Position numbers and translations under genes: made by a program
The notes under the pieces: model-generated
Told to the model about the DNA's origin: nothing
Seen by the model: only the letters and a program-made list of their open reading frames with translations
Database searches by the model: none
Assembly: GCA_963713605.1 (NCBI GenBank)
Contig: CAVQMO010000010.1
Coordinates: forward strand, 416,001-480,000
Direction of reading: 5' to 3'
Origin: an uncultured Nitrososphaerales archaeon
GTDB lineage: Archaea; Thermoproteota; Nitrososphaeria; Nitrososphaerales; Nitrososphaeraceae
DNA length: 64,000 bases
Shown here: piece by piece, positions 32,742 to 43,521 of the stretch
How the letters are laid out: every line of letters starts with the position of its first letter
How positions within the stretch are numbered: position 1 is the first letter of the stretch

Positions 32742-33194
32742 CTAATCTTCGTCTTCCAAATCCTTCCTTAATTTGGTAGATTCCTTCAAACTATTTAGTT
32801 GAATATCACCACTTCTCGTGATTAGTCTTGAAAACGAGGGATGGGCTCCTTCCCCCAAAGTGATTGCTTCTTTACCCTTTCTTAATACTGATAAGGTTAT
32901 CATATTATCCGACAATTTTTGAGCGAATTCTGTAGCAGTTCTCAGTTTATCGAATAAACCGAGATCGTCATCCTGGAGTTTAAATAGACCAGGTTCCAAC
33001 AAATCTGCCTTAATGCTCTTCTTGCTACTGTTGCTGAGATTATCTACACTGTAGATGCTTATCTCTGCAGCTGGTTTGTTGGCAAATTCCAGTTTCACAG
33101 ACCCTGAATTTGCAAAGCTCAATAACCTAACTAGTCCATCTATAATGTGATCACTTTCAGGGATGTGAAGATGTCTTTTGCCAAGAAATACCAT
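32742..33194 (-). CDS. Hypothetical protein
   Basis: 150-aa ATG ORF with globular composition. Confidence 0.7.
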   Translation of the reverse strand: MVFLGKRHLHIPESDHIIDGLVRLLSFANSGSVKLEFANKPAAEISIYSVDNLSNSSKKSIKADLLEPGLFKLQDDDLGLFDKLRTATEFAQKLSDNMITLSVLRKGKEAITLGEGAHPSFSRLITRSGDIQLNSLKESTKLRKDLEDED

Positions 33195-33439
33195 CGAAGT
33201 TACATATTTAATTATGATTTTATACTATTTATGCTTAACAAGTTCGTCCAAAATTTGTTCGTAAATATTTCAGAGTAAACCGAGAAAAATTGAATTACTA
33301 TATTTCCAAATAGTTTCTGATTTAATATTGTTACAGGAGAAATCTAGAAGGGAATGACATAATTTTGAAGCGACCGTGTTATTGCACACTCATGCAGACG
33401 TTGTACTTTATAATATACTTGAAAGACGATGAACCTTTG

Positions 33440-33727
33440 TTATTGGTCTCGAGCTTTATGTGCTTCCGTTGTCCACACTACTTTTCCATTTAATTTCCAA
33501 GTTGCTCCACCTAAATCTCTCCCATCCGGTCCCTGCGCTCTCGGAATATCAATTTCTAAATTGTCGAAACTAATTGTAGTGGTCATATTGGTACCAGAAA
33601 CTACCTTTTCCATCACTTGACCTACTACTTGAGCCCATTGTCCTGGCTGCTTTAGCTCGCCTTGCAGAGATTTTCTTTCTTGGCCAGACTTCACGTTACT
33701 AGTTAAACCAGCTTCATTATTGACCAT
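33440..33727 (-). CDS. Hypothetical protein
   Basis: 95-aa ATG ORF with a TATA-like element upstream. Confidence 0.7.
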   Translation of the reverse strand: MVNNEAGLTSNVKSGQERKSLQGELKQPGQWAQVVGQVMEKVVSGTNMTTTISFDNLEIDIPRAQGPDGRDLGGATWKLNGKVVWTTEAHKARDQ

Positions 33728-33849
33728 ATAATCTCTATTTAAACAACTTCGGATTTAAGTGATATTATGACGTACAAAAATAAAGTTATTCTGGCCATGG
33801 TCATACGATCACCGTAGCAATCATTATTAAACAAAGTTTGCCTATAATT

Positions 33850-33980
33850 TTAGTCTCCTGCAAAAATGGTGCAGCGGGTTTCGGTCCCGTTCCCCGAGGC
33901 ACAATTGAGGTAGAGAGGAAAGGCCAAATACGGGACTGGCCAAAAAGAGCCTCTTACCTGCAGGAGATAAGGCCTCAGAT
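33850..33980. ncRNA. Candidate structured RNA element
   Basis: GC-rich intergenic island with several nested complementary segments and a possible loop interaction (see findings). No family recognised. Confidence 0.4.
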
Positions 33981-34356
33981 TCACTCATGGATTAAGGCTA
34001 TTTTCGCTATTTCAAGCAAATCTCAGAGTCGCTCCTAATAGTTAGGATGGTTGGTTTGGCAACAATTTCTATGATATTAGTTTAATGTAATAAAGGACGC
34101 CAATTTGATCAAAATTAGGCCGTTTACAGCCATTCACAGCTCTAGTTATAACGACGAAAAAACTTTCACATCAATTGCAACTTAACAGTGCGTATTGAAC
34201 ACTTTTAGAAATTCAGCGAGGCGATTTGACTGATTCTGAATAAACGAGGTGGTATATGATCTTATATGATCTGCTGCTTTACTGATTTCCTGCATTAAGG
34301 AGTGAAATATTTATAAACGATTTTTCCTATTTTATGAAAAAGGAATTCGTAATTAC

Positions 34357-34464
34357 TTGGATAATAGAGATAATAAGGGAGAACCTGTAATGTGTAGCAA
34401 ATGCAACGTCGTATTCGAAAGTGAGACAGAATTTATCATGCATTACGACAAGAATCACAAGTAG
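34357..34464 (+). CDS. 35-aa C2H2 zinc-finger microprotein (not in ORF track)
   Basis: (TTG) MDNRDNKGEPVMCSKCNVVFESETEFIMHYDKNHK. Confidence 0.65.
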   Translation: MDNRDNKGEPVMCSKCNVVFESETEFIMHYDKNHK

Positions 34465-34654
34465 GATTCTTCGTTGACCATGATTCTACGTTATATATTC
34501 AAAAACCATGGAATCTATGTTCGTCGATTCTAACTATTACCTATAGTAAAGTAAATGTACAATGTGTATGCACGCCCAAGTTTACTGCCAGAATCATGCT
34601 TCCTGTGCAGGAAGCTTTGATTAGTAGGATCTCTTATTTGAGACGCGATTATGA

Positions 34655-35059
34655 TTATTGTCTCGCTCTATAGTCGCCACGGATTTGATACACTACTACG
34701 CCGAATAACGTAAATGCACCAACGATAGCCGCGATAAAGGCTGCCATAAATACACTGGTGGCGATCTGAGCTAATTCAACACTAACGCTAGCCGTGAAGA
34801 TCGCGAAAACTAGAATAATAAATCCTATTAGTGCAAATAAGCCCAGAAGTATCATTCTGATATTATTAGATATCCTAATAGATTCAGAAAGGGAGACATC
34901 ACTTTCATCTGATTTACCGTCTGTCGTTCCAGTTATTTTACCTACTATTTTATCTTTGAAGCCCGTAATCCCTGATGGCTCAGATTTCTTATTAGATTCG
35001 GTAGAATCAAATTTACTGTGTTCCTCATTACTGTTTTTCAATTTCTCTGGCTCACTCAT
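34655..35059 (-). CDS. Two-TM membrane protein
   Basis: Charged N-terminus followed by two long hydrophobic helices. Confidence 0.7.
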   Translation of the reverse strand: MSEPEKLKNSNEEHSKFDSTESNKKSEPSGITGFKDKIVGKITGTTDGKSDESDVSLSESIRISNNIRMILLGLFALIGFIILVFAIFTASVSVELAQIATSVFMAAFIAAIVGAFTLFGVVVYQIRGDYRARQ

Positions 35060-35180
35060 TTTATAATACAAATAATGCTTGCATACTATTAGTATCTTTG
35101 CTGGAGAAAAACATAATCATTACTGCGTTGGTGTTAGTAATTGTTTACTTCGAGCATGCATGTGTATTATAATATCAATC

Positions 35181-37021
35181 TCAACCACCAAACATGTTTG
35201 AAATTGCTTGACCTAATTGCTCAAATGGATTTTGCCTTGGTGCTGGCGGTGCTGCTGATGCTGTTTGATTTTGTTGCGGCTGCGGCTGTTCTGTTAAGTT
35301 ATTGTTAGTCTGTACTGGTGCTGGCGGTGCTGCTGATGCTGTTTGATTTTGTTGCGGCTGCCGCTGCAGCTGCGGCTGTTCTGTTAAGTTATTGTTAGAG
35401 GGTACTGGTGCAAGAGCTGTCTGCTGTTTCATTGGTTTCCCCTGGCACAACTACAGTGCCCCTTGCAATACCATTTCTAGTACGATCGACAGGAGGTGGT
35501 GTCTCCGATTTCTGATCGGGCTGCGGCTGAAGACCTGTAATGGTCAATACTAATTGATACGCTCCCGCGGCTGGGAACTTAATTGTCTGTGTATCTTGAG
35601 AATCCTTTGCAGTCAAACCTTTCTTTTCAAACACTTTTGTGCCATTACTATCAAGTACGGAGAGGTCGTATAATACATCTGCATTAAGAACTCCTCCGGA
35701 AAATGCGTCAGTAAAGTTGAACTTGGCAGATGATTCTGTGTTCATTCGAATAGGAGTCGGTGACCACATAACATTGGCGTGGATTCCCCCCGTGTCAGAG
35801 AGTAGATCGGTAGAAGTTGCATTCGCAGAAGAGTTAGGGGGCGCAGTTGCTGCCTGGTCCTGGGTGCTAGTGCCATTGGTCGAACCACTCGTAACGGCAG
35901 ACGGGAGACCTGGCTGCACGGTCTTAAGTGTAAATTCCATTATGCCACTTACGTTCTGATTGTTTGTAGAAGCAGCTCCTCCTTCAAGTGATACCGGCTG
36001 CATACTTGAGGTAGTGGTAGAATTACCCTGACCTATTGCAGTCGTATTCAAACCTTGTTCTCGTTGCTGCCATTCATTGGCAATTTTGATGACGTCGTTC
36101 TTATTGATTAGATAATGCAAAATTACAGCATCTGGAGATGTAAAAGGATCAATCGCAAGAGTTCTACCAGATATTGGCTCTCCATTAACAGTTGCATTAA
36201 ATATGCTACTACCAAAGAGAGCCTTAGGGCAGCTTGATCTCTTCGTGGACAAATATTGGATTCTTCTCTAGTCTCTGAACATCATAATAGAATGGCATAG
36301 ACCAAGAGAACTCACCAGAGGTCGAATTAAAGTTGAAATCATCAATCTTGTCGTAGTAAGATATAAGGGTTGTATTAAATGGCTTTCCTTCATAGGTCAA
36401 ATTATCAAAATTGAAGACGTCGCCTACACTCAGGAAGGTTTCAAATGTGGGAGCCTTGTCTGGAACAAAGATGTTTCTATCATTGTCAACTCCAAATATT
36501 TGGATATCAAACCTGTACAATCCTCCTTCCTGCAAAACAGGTCCTCTCAAATTGATGGTCCCGCCTGGATCCGCTACATATGCAGCTTGAAATGGGTCTC
36601 TATCTCCGAAAATGGTTAAAGAACCATTTGATGGCTCAACTTTGAGAGTCAGTAATCCATTATGTGCATGGAAAAAGTCACGAACGAGTGGTTTCTCGCC
36701 TTCGACTGGGTTTGCACCCTTGCTAACACTAATGTCGTACGTTACATGTTGGATTGTTTCATTTGTTTTGGCATCGAACAACCTAAATTGCATGTATGCA
36801 TCTCCCCCTGTGGCGGTTGTATAAATTGGGGGGCTGATCTTTACAAACAGGCTTCCTTCTCTATTTCCAAGGCTTGCTGGGGGAAGATTTTCTTGCGTTA
36901 AACCATCACCATGGGCTTGCTGCGTAAATACATTTTCAAAGGCGAATAGGATAAGAGCAAATGTTAGGATATATACGATTCCGAATTGCAAATTGGAAAC
37001 GTTTATTCTGAGCAAATTCAA
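35181..37021 (-). CDS. Large secreted/cell-surface protein (about 610 aa; frameshifts near 36230 and 35421)
   Basis: Signal peptide, then DGLTQENLPPASLGNR. Three ORFs join by single indels (VHEEIKLP|KALFG; GETNETA|TALAPV). Ends with P/Q repeats and NPFEQLGQAISNMFGG. Confidence 0.85.
35238..35411. repeat. Intragenic tandem duplication, units of 78 and 90 bp
   Basis: Units start at 35238 and 35316 and encode NNNLTEQPQ..PQQNQTASAAPPAP twice. Confidence 0.95.
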
Positions 37022-37337
37022 TTATGCTGCATAAATCTTCCCAAATTCCCTATTTAATTATTACATTTTTGATGCTATTCATCCAATTTTTTTTCTATTA
37101 GATCAGCCATTAGCTGCGAACATTATGTTTATATTCACGCTATGCATCAGTCTACGCCTTCAAACAAAGCATGTTACCTTACTTAGTGATCTGTCTTTGC
37201 TTTCTAAAACTCATACCTAATGAGTTGCAATTAACCCTTCCAGTTCCAGGGATGGCTTTTCACCTTGGATATGGACCCCCCCATCCCCGTCAACGTGCTT
37301 CAGTTTTTAAATCAATTAGTTATGAAATACATTTGTT

Positions 37338-38300
37338 ATGAATACTTGGTACTCCAATATGGCTCCAAAGCTCGAAACTAAGAGTTCAAAGTCATTAATT
37401 CATTCGTTTATAGTTAAGGAGCATAAGGGTCTGACAATAAACCCATATCAAGGCTGCCAACATCGATGTGGATACTGTTACGCAACTTATCAATGGTCAC
37501 CTGATTTTTATGACAAAATATATGCAAAAAGCAATGCTCCTGAGATACTAGAAAGACAGCTCAAGTCATCTAAATATGACAATATTGAGCCTGTCATGAT
37601 ATCGTCTGCAACGGACCCATATCAGCCGGCAGAAATAAGATATGGACTCACCCGCAGATGTATTCAAGTTCTGCAGAAATGCAAAGCACCATATTATGTG
37701 TTCACTAAATCAACTAACATACTTAGGGATTTGGATCTCCACAAGGGATACAGAGACAATTGTTTTTTGGTGTGGTCCATTACTACCTGTGATGAAAAAA
37801 TAAGACGCCTAATTGAACCTGGAACGCCTCCATCAGAGGCCATCTTTGGTGCAATAAGAAAATTTGTTGACGCTGGAGTGTGCTGTGTAGTAAATATCGA
37901 TCCAATACTGCCTCTAATCACCGATTCTGAAGTTCACTTAGATGAAATACTAGACGCATGTAGCGACGGTGGTGTTAGGCATGTTGTTGGAGCAATACTG
38001 AGACTCAGAGCGGATATTTGGGAACGGATGAAGACAGTAATAGCCTCACTCGATATCCCTGAAGGAATTTACAAGTACCAGAAAACCATTTTTCAATTTT
38101 TAGAGCCTATTCGTCCCGGAGTCAATATCGGATCTTCTAAATCATACGAGAACAGAATACTTGATACTCTGAAATATAGAGTCATGTGCAAAGACATGAT
38201 ACCAGAATTTCCGACCTTTCTTTGGGATATGCATGTTATGCCTCAACGCCCAAATATGATAAATGATGGGCACCAACTGACATTAATGAAATATGTATAA
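37338..38300 (+). CDS. Radical SAM protein, SplB/spore photoproduct lyase-like family
   Basis: INPYQGCQHRCGYCYA (CxxxCxxC), SSATDPYQPAE, TKS, RDLDL, IEPGTP, PILPLITD. Confidence 0.9.
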   Translation: MNTWYSNMAPKLETKSSKSLIHSFIVKEHKGLTINPYQGCQHRCGYCYATYQWSPDFYDKIYAKSNAPEILERQLKSSKYDNIEPVMISSATDPYQPAEIRYGLTRRCIQVLQKCKAPYYVFTKSTNILRDLDLHKGYRDNCFLVWSITTCDEKIRRLIEPGTPPSEAIFGAIRKFVDAGVCCVVNIDPILPLITDSEVHLDEILDACSDGGVRHVVGAILRLRADIWERMKTVIASLDIPEGIYKYQKTIFQFLEPIRPGVNIGSSKSYENRILDTLKYRVMCKDMIPEFPTFLWDMHVMPQRPNMINDGHQLTLMKYV

Positions 38301-38601
38301 TCTCAATTCGCCAAGTGTTGGAGTTACTGTACATAATAAAGCATGTAGTAGGTCTCAGTTCAAGGATAACAACAACCAATAGGCAGTTCGGTTGGACTAG
38401 CTCCGTTTACCGTAGTATCCTATTTTCCTGCAATGGTGGAAGAGGATCATGCAAAGCTAGATACTACGCTCAGCAAAAGAATGGGGGCCATTTCAATCTA
38501 ATTATCCTACGATTATACCAAAAGTATGTGAATTCTGGTAGGAGGTTGCATATCAGTGAGAAATATAACCATTATATAATATGGTGCTCTATGCGGCTAC
38601 A

Positions 38602-38862
38602 ATGAAGAGTGAATTCTTTGCAGCAGTAACTGTTGCAGTAATTGCAACAATTTTGGCAATGGGATTTACGTCAGTTATCTATGGCCAAGCAAACATGACA
38701 GGAGGAAACATGACTGGAGGAAACATGACAGGAGGAAACATGACAGCTGGTAACGCAACCACTACCGGTGCAGGAGGCGGTGGAGACAATGGAGATGATG
38801 ATAATGGAGACGACAACGATGATGATGAAGAGAATGAAGGTGAAGGCGGAGGGTCCAACTAG
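38602..38862 (+). CDS. Small secreted protein with NMT repeats and acidic tail
   Basis: Hydrophobic N-terminus, ANMT(GGNMT)x3, AGNAT, then a D/E-rich tail. Confidence 0.8.
   Translation: MKSEFFAAVTVAVIATILAMGFTSVIYGQANMTGGNMTGGNMTGGNMTAGNATTTGAGGGGDNGDDDNGDDNDDDEENEGEGGGSN
38692..38745 (+). repeat. 15-bp coding tandem repeat (aacatgacaggagga-like, about 3.6 copies)
   Basis: Visible directly; encodes NMTGG. Confidence 0.9.
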
Positions 38863-39081
38863 ACTATTCGGACAGTACTCTGTTCTCAAAATTTGAGGAA
38901 TCTAATTCTAGACTAAGGTAACACATTATTTTTAATTTACATTTATCCCACTTATACGTGGTTTTTTGCCGTCAGATAAAGACTAATGAGAGTATGCTGA
39001 ATTCTCCTTGATATTATTACGATTCAAATAGCAACGTCCAAATTTTGGGAAAAAAACAGTTCTTGATTGGGTAATACATTG

Positions 39082-39246
39082 TCATCCATCCTTAGAAATC
39101 TTCCGGGCAGCCTTTTGCCTTGAATTTTCCATTTCCCTGATCGAATCAGGTATGTCGTCGGCTCTTGGTTCTTCCCCCAATTGACCACTACTCGCGTCGT
39201 TTAATGCTTGACCTCGTTTGAACGGGTTCTTTTTTTCGGTACTCAT
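39082..39246 (-). CDS. Small hydrophilic hypothetical protein
   Basis: MSTEKKNPFKRGQALNDASSGQLGEEPRADDIPDSIREMENSRQKAARKISKDG. Confidence 0.55.
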   Translation of the reverse strand: MSTEKKNPFKRGQALNDASSGQLGEEPRADDIPDSIREMENSRQKAARKISKDG

Positions 39247-39903
39247 TTCTCTAAAAGCAATATGGAGAGCATGACTAATAGATATTTGCAAACTACTGCC
39301 GAAATGTAATTAGACTACAAGAAAATCTATAGATAACCTCGGATTTCCGACGTGTGAATTTTCCTAAACAGACAATAAGGCCCTCAGTTTTCAATGTGAG
39401 ATGTGTTAATGATTGTGAAGTTAGAGCATTATATCGCAAACGGCAAATACTGAACAATAGCAATTCAAATGAGCAAGCACGCATCTTAAGTACCTATATA
39501 CGATGGGGCGAAGCGCTGGTTGGCTGCAGATAGAATAGAAAGAATTTACGAGGCTACAACTATCTTATTACTGTTACTTGTTACCTGTACCGTGGGATGT
39601 GTGATAGAATACTTTAGATACTTACCAATTCCAATATATCTGGCTCTGTTTGTGATTGCAAGTTTTACTCTCATTAGCTGGCACTATAAATGGTAAAGAG
39701 TAGATAAAGTGGATATTAGTATTTGACGGCTATCTGATTCATGATTTAACTTTCCTACTTCATAACAGGGTTGAAGTTAAGTTAGAATAGTGTTTTTCCA
39801 TCTGTTCACAAGCAGGAATTCATTCATTATTGGATCGTTATTGCCATACATGGTAAGTATAATCATGGCAATTACTGTAAGAATTTAGGAAAGTCTTTTA
39901 AGA

Positions 39904-40285
39904 GTGAGTTACTTATCCTCAACTATGATAACTGATTATGGACATATCCACAATCAAATAATGAAGCTTGATCCCAGTATCCGATTAGTTACCATATGTA
40001 CCAACGATGGACAGATAATGTATTCTGATCATCGTGAAGGTGTCAAGAACTTACTGACTCAGGACGAAAGCAAGAGATCTCTCGACTTAGCGGTAAATGC
40101 TTGGAAGGTACGTAGTGAACTGAGCCATAAAATCGGTAAAGGAAAGTACGTATTGGCCGAGTACCGAACGAATAAAACGGATTACAATGCCACTGAATGA
40201 CAACAAACATTTAGTGTACATTACTACTGAAATACCCTCTGAGCATGAAAAAATCATCGAGGGGGTCAGACAATTAAAATTGTAG
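39904..40285 (+). CDS. Roadblock/DUF6659-like small protein (frameshift near 40165)
   Basis: LDPSIRLVTIC..DG...IGKGKYVLAEY continues as ERIKRITMPLNDNKHLVYITTE. Confidence 0.75.
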
Positions 40286-40495
40286 AACCTGAATGTCTAT
40301 TGCACTGCATCTCAGAATTATAAGGTTTTCGTATTGTGGTATGAAAGATGATTATAATTAGAGTGTTATAATAGCCAAAAAGATGTACTGTTTAGTCGGA
40401 ATGATCAGACAACTTAAGACGTACCTTTTTAGGACACAATAGGTTTGTTTCTTATGCTAAATTCTGAATTAGTCAGTGGTTATAGAAATCCAAGT

Positions 40496-40972
40496 TTATA
40501 CTACTGATACAAAATTAACCTTCAAACTTTTTATTCCACGATTTTCAGAAATATGTTTTGCTAAATCCCTTATTCTCTTGATATTCCCCTTAACCATGAT
40601 CGTCTCAAGACAGTTATCATTTGCAAGATGGAGGTGAATTGATGCACTTATGATATCAGCATACTTATGTTGGACGTGTACTGATTTCTTATCTTGATTG
40701 TATATATGATTATTGTATAACATTACAATAGCCCCCGCACCATCTGCCTTCTCTTCGCTTTTCCATGTATATTCGTCCACTAAATAGTGCATGGCTGCTT
40801 GTAAAGCCTTTGATCTATCTGTATAACCTGTCTTAGCCATACTTTCGTCAAATTTTGATAGTAGGTCTGACGGTAACGATATACTAACTCTACTTAATGA
40901 TGCATTTCTCCTTCGATAGGGATTGGTGGCAGAATGGTGTTCCGTATGATGACGAAGACTAGTAGGAGCCAA
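40496..40972 (-). CDS. nikR: NikR-family ribbon-helix-helix regulator
   Basis: RVSISLPSDLLSKFD..GYTDRSKA, YNNH, QH, IHLHL..NCLE metal site. Confidence 0.88.
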   Translation of the reverse strand: MAPTSLRHHTEHHSATNPYRRRNASLSRVSISLPSDLLSKFDESMAKTGYTDRSKALQAAMHYLVDEYTWKSEEKADGAGAIVMLYNNHIYNQDKKSVHVQHKYADIISASIHLHLANDNCLETIMVKGNIKRIRDLAKHISENRGIKSLKVNFVSVV

Positions 40973-41716
40973 ATATTGATGAAATATAGATTATCTATCT
41001 TAATAATATTTCTTCAAGGACCAGCCCATTATATCTTTGTGAGAGGACTATTTGAAAAAAAGAGTCCAACAAAACTCAATTTGATATGATCAGGTTTTCT
41101 AATCTTAAGGCGGCTCTCGTAGAATTCATTGAGTGAATCAGAATTGCTAAAAATTGCATGAGTTAATTCGCATCTGTTGGTTTGTTAGTATGGTACTCCT
41201 ATTCATGTTACTCTGATCAAAGGAAGTTGAGAGGATTCGCTTTCATTTCTTTTTATTGTAACAAAATTATCACACACGCTCTGTCCAATTAGTAATAGCA
41301 ATAGTGTATCAATCTAATTTGAGTAAATCCGTCAGTCTCAAGGCAGGTTTTCAAACCTCGATACTTCGTTCTTGTTCCAGATTAAACGATCAATTCACAA
41401 GATTAGTGCATGAGTTCAGGATTCCTAAATGGAAAATGTGAGCTGACGGAATTTTGCCATGATGTCAAGAATCTATCCCTTGCCTTATCTAAATTGTTCA
41501 TTTATGGTATCTTGCCTCATGCCGTACTTCCATCCAAGCAACACGGTTAGCAATAGAAATCATACAATTTGATATTGTTCCTCCAATATGAAATCGGATC
41601 GTAGGTTTGAAACTTTTTCATTTGAAGGAGATAGGGTGATGACCACCTAATGATCTTTCATGAAGGGATTAAGTTTTCATTGCTCTGATTTCATTGTTCT
41701 GTTCCGCTGCAGCAAA

Positions 41717-42010
41717 TTATAAGTTATTGACGATATTATCTAAATCATAGTATGCTGTCAAATATTGAATGCCTTTTTCGGTAACCATATATTTTTTTGT
41801 ACCCACATCACGTTCTATCATTCTACATTTGAGTAATTCTATCAAATAGTTCCGGGCTTGGTCATATGAAAGATAAACCTCATACATCACATTCAGCGTG
41901 GTAGCTCCACCTCTTGTACTAAGTGTCCCATATGCTTGAATTGCTTCTAGTATTAGTGCCTTATTTTCAGTGTGTTTTCTCGCTATCTTCGGGCTTCGGT
42001 TAAGCAACAT
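41717..42010 (-). CDS. Winged-helix DNA-binding protein
   Basis: TLNVMYEVYLSYDQARNYLIEL...YMVTEKGIQYL. Confidence 0.8.
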   Translation of the reverse strand: MLLNRSPKIARKHTENKALILEAIQAYGTLSTRGGATTLNVMYEVYLSYDQARNYLIELLKCRMIERDVGTKKYMVTEKGIQYLTAYYDLDNIVNNL

Positions 42011-42207
42011 CGAACAAAGGAGACAATGGTATTTATGAGAACCTTCAGTTATTGTAGAAACTTAATTGAATCGCTATTTGTAATTAGTAAATGACACAAA
42101 TAAGGATCATAGTATTTAATTGAAACTATCAACAGAAAATCAGTTACGTTAGGTTAGACTAGGAGATTTTGTATAGTTTCATCCTATTAAAAATAGTCGT
42201 AAAGTAA

Positions 42208-42519
42208 TCATATAATTGCAAACATTAACTTAGCTCTAAGCCTGTGGACAAATGTCTTTTCGTCTTCCTTATCAATGTTAAAGATATTGGGTGATTTAAC
42301 TAATCTATGCACTATATTACAAGAATTACTCGGACTTAATATTTCGATGATTTCGTTCATTTTGGTCCTCTCTTGTAAATTCTCTTCATATCTGAATCGC
42401 ACCGTATCTTTGGAAGTTCTTTCGAAGGTCAGTATTGACCAGCGAATGGACATTTCAATCGCAGAATCGTATTCTTTATAATAATGCAAGTAAAGAATGA
42501 GAATTGCTGATGCAGTCAA
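42208..42519 (-). CDS. Hypothetical protein (start uncertain)
   Basis: 103-aa ORF with no recognised motif. Confidence 0.35.
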   Translation of the reverse strand: MTASAILILYLHYYKEYDSAIEMSIRWSILTFERTSKDTVRFRYEENLQERTKMNEIIEILSPSNSCNIVHRLVKSPNIFNIDKEDEKTFVHRLRAKLMFAII

Positions 42520-42606
42520 TATTATTTTGTTGAATGATCTATTACTTAAGGTGAAAAGTCTTACACTAATTACTTTTAGAGAAATGTTCTATAATTCCAA
42601 TCGCTT

Positions 42607-42918
42607 ATGCCTAAAAGTATTCAGATCAAGCACTCCAGTACAATTTCTGACTTAAGTGCATGGCACATACTCACTCTTGATGATTTCACCAGATATAACC
42701 AGAAAGTAAAAAACGCTAACCGAGATTCTATTGTATCGGTCTACTCAGTTATCGAGAAGCAAAGCGGACAAGTTACCACCAGGCAGATTGAAAAACAAGT
42801 AGGGCTAGATATAGGAACTGTGCGCTATGCTATAAAATACCTCACAAAGGAAGGTAAGATCCAACGGGTTAAGGGATTAGGAACCAATAAGATAGAATTT
42901 TATTACAAAGTCTGTTAG
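42607..42918 (+). CDS. Winged-helix DNA-binding protein
   Basis: VTTRQIEKQVGLDIGTVRYAIKYLTKEGKIQR. Confidence 0.75.
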   Translation: MPKSIQIKHSSTISDLSAWHILTLDDFTRYNQKVKNANRDSIVSVYSVIEKQSGQVTTRQIEKQVGLDIGTVRYAIKYLTKEGKIQRVKGLGTNKIEFYYKVC

Positions 42919-43521
42919 TCTATGTAGGTCATTATGAATCCGAAAACAAAGACACCTGCAGAACGGCTAATTAACCAGCAAAAATATCCGTAGGAGGTTA
43001 ATAACTTATAATTTGCTCGTAAGTTGTGCTCTGCTATCGGGGTGCTTATGAGTTGAGCTGCTACTAGGGGGTTTCACGGACGGTCCTAGTACAAAGCGGT
43101 TGTACAAATATTCTTCGAGCAATACCGCTCGGAATATTCATTTTTCAAAACTACCTCACAGATTACGAATAGCGATATCCCATTTCTAACCATTCAACAA
43201 GTTATCTTTGCTTTCAGGCTCTAGACCAATCAATGCTAAACCATACTGAAACGCTCACCTTTCATCATTCCGTTGATCAATTATCTGAATTGTAGAATGA
43301 GCCGAAGAATAAGATGCAATAATAATGATCAGGCAAAAAAGTATTCCAAGTACTAAGACTATCATTGCTTCTTTATCTTGGCTCATTCAAACCGATCCCT
43401 TTCTTTGCAAGTGTAATTCCACTAATATTAAAACGATCCTTCAATTATCCTCATATTATTCTCAATTTATCATAAGATGTATTATAGAACGCTTTTTATT
43501 TTATAAAAGTAATTCTCTTGT

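Noticed and set aside
33838..34038. 66-aa ORF over the GC-rich island, and a tRNA interpretation of its CCA-like end
   Set aside because: The ORF has a TTG start and no protein-like features. No 7-bp acceptor stem, TTC T-loop or anticodon arm can be built.
35238..38745. Tandem repeats at 35238-35411 and 38692-38745 as possible CRISPR arrays
   Set aside because: They are in-frame coding repeats without unique spacers, and there are no cas genes in the window.
41000..41700. Coding-like minus-strand sequence with many stops
   Set aside because: May be an old gene remnant, but I could not assign a family or a consistent frame.
43038..43095. ggggtgct... start and tactagg/cctagta hairpin resembling a TPP riboswitch or MITE
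   Set aside because: The TPP core (ctgaga, acctga) is missing, and I saw no second copy or target duplication.
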